Shown one piece after another: positions 62,220-64,000 of a stretch of 64,000 nucleotides of DNA. Every line of letters begins with the position of its first letter. Position 1 is the stretch's first letter. The position numbers were made by a program, and so were the translations under genes. The notes below the pieces were generated by a model that made no database searches, was not told the DNA's origin, and saw nothing but the letters and a program-made list of their open reading frames with translations. The stretch comes from Mytilus californianus (lineage: Eukaryota): NCBI RefSeq assembly GCF_021869535.1, contig NW_026262734.1:87420001-87484000 (forward strand). The letters are read 5' to 3'.

Positions 62220-63534
62220 TGTCTAGGTTATACATTCACGGATCACCTAGCCGGATCCACTACGGATTAAATCTCACGGATGATCACGGAAATGCAGTTT
62301 CCGTAGTCCGATACGGATCCGATACGGATGCACAACGGTATGACTACGGGTTTTGACGTTACTACCACGAAAAATGAAAGACATGGGTCATTTGGCGACA
62401 TGAGTGATACGGGTTCTTACGGTGAGACACGGTTCAATACGGAAATGACACGGTTTAGTACGCAACGAAACGTGTCGGGGCGTATGTACTGCGGTCTGAA
62501 ACGGAATAGTACAAACCGCCACATTTTCTAAAAGCCGTTCATCATTTCTATAATTAAGCTTGTGATTTATCATTTCTTTATGGCAGTAATCTTAGATTTT
62601 TGTTTTGTTTTGTTAAATAAATTATTTATCTGTTTGTCTGTACCATGTGGGTGGTCACGGTTCTTCGTAATCCTCGGACCAACGACATGTAACAATTCTT
62701 GAAACATATTTGGGACTATTCTTACAAAGTTCTTAAATGTAACTGGATTTTCCGGACAAAATTCAGTCATGAGGGGCTCGTACTGGCCATGGATAGGCAA
62801 TCAGTCCCTAGTCCACCATCTACTCTGCCTCCCGTCACCTCTTCGTCTGTCATCAAGTAGCTCGACCACTGCCCTTGCATTTTTATGCCATATCAATATC
62901 CTATTCCAGCGGCTGCCAATTAATTGTAAGCAGCAGTTGTTGATCATTCATGTTGGATAATGTTATTTTACCTCAACGGCAAGACACAGAATACGTTGGA
63001 CCCTATAAGTAGGGAGTATTTATACAGAATAATTATGTCATCTTGTCGTGAACCGTAATATTCTGTATCTTGTCGTGTTGTAACGTAGTAAACAGTAACA
63101 GACTGTCAGAACCCTGGCTGATCCCTAGCTATCCGTATTGCAACGTAATGAAATCGTGCCGTTCCGTGACAAACTCGTTACAAATCGTATTGTATCCTTA
63201 ACATATACGTAGTGCTACCGTACTAGTACGTAATTATCCGGAATTAAACGTAGAAATAATTCGGGCCTACAACTAAGTACGTGTTAATACGGTTTTGATA
63301 GGGACTAATACGGATTTGTACGTTCTAATACGGTTTAGTAAGGTTTACTACGGTTGTTTGATCCGTGGTCAAATTTTGCGCATGTTCAAAAAGTGTCAAG
63401 GATATACAAGTACTACTACGTATGACTACGGCTACAATACGGAAATCTACGGACAAATACAGATCGCCACGAATGATGCCGGATCGTATCCGTAGCTAAT
63501 CCGGCAACAAATCCGTGAATGTGTGACCTAGGCA
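62220..63534 (-). mobile_element. Non-autonomous PIF/Harbinger deletion derivative (1.3 kb)
   Basis: TIRs TG(T/C)CTAGGT(T/C)A(T/C)ACATTCACGGAT with TAA/TTA flanks, and many subterminal ACGGA/TCCGT motifs. A transposase N-terminal remnant on the minus strand reads WTRD*LPIHGQYEPLM..FKNFVRIVPNMFQELLHVVGPRITK. Confidence 0.8.
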
Positions 63535-64000
63535 TTAGATTTATTTTCATCAAGTGTGTAAATTGTTTTGTGGATATACTTTTATTAACATTATCCTACA
63601 TGTTAGCCCCTTTAATCAGTAGCTCAACTTACGCAATAGACAAAAAAAGTACAGTTGAAGTTAAACATATGTACATGTATAGGTACATGTGCATGAAGAC
63701 ACAGAACGTTTTCATCATGCTTTTTGTGCGCGCTAAGACTACATTATATATTTTCCGTGAATACCTTCACATGCGTTTGTAGTCTCAAAATGGATAAACA
63801 CGATGAGAGTATATTCTTAATGCAAAAAAGAAAAAAAGAAAAAAATTAAAATGTCAATTGTTCTTGAACAATTGAGAGGTCTTTCCTTTTCGTTATATAA
63901 AATATATGTTTCAATAGGCGTAGAATGCATTGAAAAGCTCTAAAACACACACAAAACCCTTAAAATATGGTCAAAAACACATAGTTCGGAATTTGGGACA

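Overview
AT-rich, intron-rich animal genomic DNA. The repeat families suggest a bivalve, probably a mussel (Mytilus-like); this is inference. The short-ORF track is mostly noise because the genes are spliced. Manual GT-AG/phase assembly gives four protein-coding genes. (1) A 2-exon, 189-aa HAD-superfamily phosphatase-like gene on the minus strand (23002-22719 + 8085-7800, 14.6-kb intron). (2) A 5-exon arylacetamide-deacetylase/NCEH1-like GDXG lipase on the plus strand (~32661-43525, ~417 aa), whose start region and exon-3 donor have each been amplified into tandem arrays. (3, 4) A head-to-head inverted pair of paralogous genes for secreted peptides (173 aa and 101 aa), transcribed divergently from TATA boxes ~390 bp apart. 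Each has a 23-aa signal peptide, a 4-Cys Trp/Pro/Tyr head, a Gly/Tyr-rich tail and a G-RKK..Y C-terminus, and is built from a 26-nt microexon and a 5-nt terminal coding exon. The remainder is dense in mobile DNA: Penelope-like RT fossils and hammerhead-ribozyme remnants, a tRNA-derived SINE with TSD, three HINE-like satellite-carrying elements, several MITE families, fold-back elements and a Harbinger deletion derivative.
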